Shown in pieces: positions 34,656-36,950 of a stretch of 36,950 nucleotides of DNA (position 1 is its first letter; each line of letters begins with the position of its first letter). Location: positions 1 through 36,950 of the IMG/VR virus record IMGVR_UViG_3300044852_000022. One strand, 5' to 3'. A model generated the notes under the pieces. The model was not told the origin of the DNA. It searched no databases and saw nothing but the letters and a program-made list of their open reading frames with translations. Position numbers and translations under genes: made by a program. The stretch is from a virus (Duplodnaviria; Caudoviricetes).

Positions 34656-36950
34656 TTAATCTGGAGTCTTAGCGCTGAACGGGTCAAACTTCTTCCCGCC
34701 CGGTGCCTTGTCGTCCTTCGGTGGTTCGTCATCTGTTGCATCCGGTTCCGGTGTATCTGTATCGTCATCCGGTGCTGCTGGCGCATCGTCATCCGGCATA
34801 GGAGGAGCGTCGTCATCAGGGATCGGTGCATCAGTATCCGTATCATCTGGACCCGCACCACCCAAGCTATCGTCATCAGGCGCCCCGCCACCACTACCGT
34901 CATCAGGAGGTAGTCCGTTATCACCTTCCTCGCCTTCAGGAACTTCAGGTTCAGGAGGTGCAAGCTTCTTCGCCAACTTATCTACGTACTGTTTCTGAAG
35001 CTTCTTGTCAGAGTCTGTAATCCCGTCGATGAGATCTGCCACAAAGGTCGCAGTGTTCACACGTTGGTGAATCATCTGCTGTACAAACGATGCAATACCG
35101 CCACCTTTACCTTCGTTAACAATGTCATCAAACGGCATCGGCAAGTTAAACCGACGGAAGGCTTCAGTCGTCAGTGCTGATTTGACCATGGACTTGATCT
35201 GATCAGCAGTAAAGTCTTCAGCTTCGATGTTCAGCGTCTTCAAGATCATCGGCAGTACACCGTTGTTACCCGCAGCCTCTTCCCAAGACTGTACCAGCGC
35301 AGTTACGGCTTCCAAGCTATCCTTCAGCTTGTTGGTCGACTCCGTGCTGGTAGGCACTGGTAGGTAGCAATAAACCGAGGTAAAGAAGTCTGCCAAGATA
35401 ACCTTGACCTTATCCTCGTCAGTACCTTCCAGAGCTTCTTTACTGTCAGGAACCCACAGCTTCTTGTTGTCCAGAATGCACTGAACAAGGTCTTGCATCA
35501 GAGGACCGTTAACCCGAGCGTGCTTACGCTGGAAGTCAATCAAGAAGTCACAGATCATTTCCTGCCAGTTAATGGCCTGGTTAAACACCATCTCGTATTC
35601 AGTAACCGCTTCAATCTTGAAGTTGTTCTGATCGTCTGATACGTCCAGCCATGCACGAGGCAGGTTGAAGTAGTTGGAGATAGAGTTCATTACCGCGTCA
35701 CGGCTGTCCTGGTCTACAGCATGGAAGTTATCCTTCTGTTTACCCTGCGTGCTGATATCCGGCGTCGGCAAGTGGACGTTGTCACCTGCGTTAACCTTAA
35801 CCGACAGAGACGCCTCCCGCAGAGCATCTACTACCTGAGGAACCGACAGTTGAGCCGTCGACAGGATAGAGTGCAGCTTAGGGTTAGTGTCAAAGAAGGT
35901 AGCACGAGCAATAGCAATGGTTTGTTCTGGGTCCGAGTCCTCCTTCTCGATGTTAATAACCATCTCGGTGTGAGGCTGAGCGGCTTCCAGGTTAGCCAAG
36001 GCATCGGCGATGTCATAAGCAGCCAGACGTGCGATGTGCATCTTTGCAGCTTGTGTCAGGGATTGACCAACACCCAGACGGTTGTACTTGATAGCACCGT
36101 ACGAGACAGCCTCACCCGGTACGTACAGACAACGAACACCTTGCTTCTTGAAGATACGGGACAGGAAGATCTTGTTGACCTCCTCATCCAGCGTGATGCT
36201 GATGTTCTTGCCTTTGTCGCTATAAACAGCAGAGATGAATTGACGAACAATACTCTTCTGAGCCATGTCCGCAAACTCCGACATATCGAAGTCACAAGGA
36301 TTACCCGACTGCACCGCACGCAAGCTGGAGATCAGCGAGTTATCGCTACCCATCTTGTTCTTGTTGGCGATACCGTCCTTGTTCTTCGCCAGCGACTGGT
36401 AGAACTCTGGGTCATCAGTGTTCTTGAGGAACTCACCGGTTTCTGGGTCGAGCAGGATGATGTAGTCATCGATCTTGCCATTACTGCCGTTGAAGTGGAT
36501 CGGGAAGATCGCTTCAGAAGGGATGTGCCAGCTTAGGCCACGACCGTAAGGCGCTACGCTCAACGAGTCATTCGACTTGATGAATTGCAACGACTGAGAA
36601 CGGATGTTGCGCGACTTGAACACAGTAGCGTTCAGGTGATTCAACTGGTCTTCAGTCAGGTTCTGAGTAGTAGCGTGTTGAACCTTATCTTTGGTAGCTT
36701 TAGGTTCCTTAGGTTCCTTCTTGTCCTTACCCCCCTTCTTGGCTTCTTCTTCCTCAGCTTTGGCTGCTTCAGCATCCCGTTGCGACTGTGACTTCATAGC
36801 CGACGAGATGATGTTGTCGAAAGACTCAGCACCCATTACCGACTTGATATCACGATCGCGCTTGGACTCCTGGAACTTCTGGAGATAGAGCACAGCCGGG
36901 TTATCAGTAATGGTGATACCCCATTCGTTGGCAGTATCTTCCTTCGGGTC
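34656..36950 (-). CDS. portal protein (phiKZ gp129 / SPN3US gp81-like), 5'-truncated by window
   Basis: Frame stays open to the window edge (DPKEDTANEWGITITDNPAVLY...). ITDNP, HIPSEAIFPIH..G, ILLDPETG and YNRLGVGQSL motifs as recalled for the family. Acidic C-terminal tail. Synteny. Confidence 0.75.
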   Translation of the reverse strand, partial: DPKEDTANEWGITITDNPAVLYLQKFQESKRDRDIKSVMGAESFDNIISSAMKSQSQRDAEAAKAEEEEAKKGGKDKKEPKEPKATKDKVQHATTQNLTEDQLNHLNATVFKSRNIRSQSLQFIKSNDSLSVAPYGRGLSWHIPSEAIFPIHFNGSNGKIDDYIILLDPETGEFLKNTDDPEFYQSLAKNKDGIANKNKMGSDNSLISSLRAVQSGNPCDFDMSEFADMAQKSIVRQFISAVYSDKGKNISITLDEEVNKIFLSRIFKKQGVRCLYVPGEAVSYGAIKYNRLGVGQSLTQAAKMHIARLAAYDIADALANLEAAQPHTEMVINIEKEDSDPEQTIAIARATFFDTNPKLHSILSTAQLSVPQVVDALREASLSVKVNAGDNVHLPTPDISTQGKQKDNFHAVDQDSRDAVMNSISNYFNLPRAWLDVSDDQNNFKIEAVTEYEMVFNQAINWQEMICDFLIDFQRKHARVNGPLMQDLVQCILDNKKLWVPDSKEALEGTDEDKVKVILADFFTSVYCYLPVPTSTESTNKLKDSLEAVTALVQSWEEAAGNNGVLPMILKTLNIEAEDFTADQIKSMVKSALTTEAFRRFNLPMPFDDIVNEGKGGGIASFVQQMIHQRVNTATFVADLIDGITDSDKKLQKQYVDKLAKKLAPPEPEVPEGEEGDNGLPPDDGSGGGAPDDDSLGGAGPDDTDTDAPIPDDDAPPMPDDDAPAAPDDDTDTPEPDATDDEPPKDDKAPGGKKFDPFSAKTPD

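Noticed and set aside
1-36950. tRNA, CRISPR array, intein, intron/homing endonuclease or alternative genetic code
   Set aside because: No cloverleaf or repeat-spacer array was seen. DnaB, RNAP subunit and capsid have uninterrupted expected sizes. ORFs tile the window under the standard code with TAA, TGA and TAG all used as stops.

Overview
This window is the conserved virion-morphogenesis core of a phiKZ-related jumbo phage (Chimalliviridae-type, nucleus-forming myovirus). The GC-rich codon usage fits a Pseudomonas-like host, but the host is an inference. Gene order matches the phiKZ gp84-gp129 / SPN3US gp45-gp81 block: head-protein paralogues, a minus-strand baseplate pair (gp87/gp88-like), a run of proteolytically matured inner-head proteins (gp89-gp97-like), gp98-gp101-like structural genes, minus-strand DnaB helicase (gp118-like), gp119-like protein, major capsid protein (gp120-like), an early-promoter operon with the non-virion RNA polymerase beta-N subunit (gp123-like), four small accessory genes, and the 3' part of the portal gene (gp129-like) running off the right edge. 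Orthologue numbers come from recalled motifs and synteny, not from a database search. The most interesting signals are non-coding or recoding: (1) an in-phase C-CCA-AAC -1 slippery site plus a long stem at the very end of the capsid gene; (2) a shared ~30-nt 3' element and a shared SD-occluding leader on the two most codon-biased head genes; (3) a compact GNRA-capped three-way-junction RNA candidate plus a 47-aa ORF between the hub and dnaB genes; (4) hairpins flanked by a TATRGYTGC motif; and (5) a recurrent G-x-E candidate protease site across head proteins.
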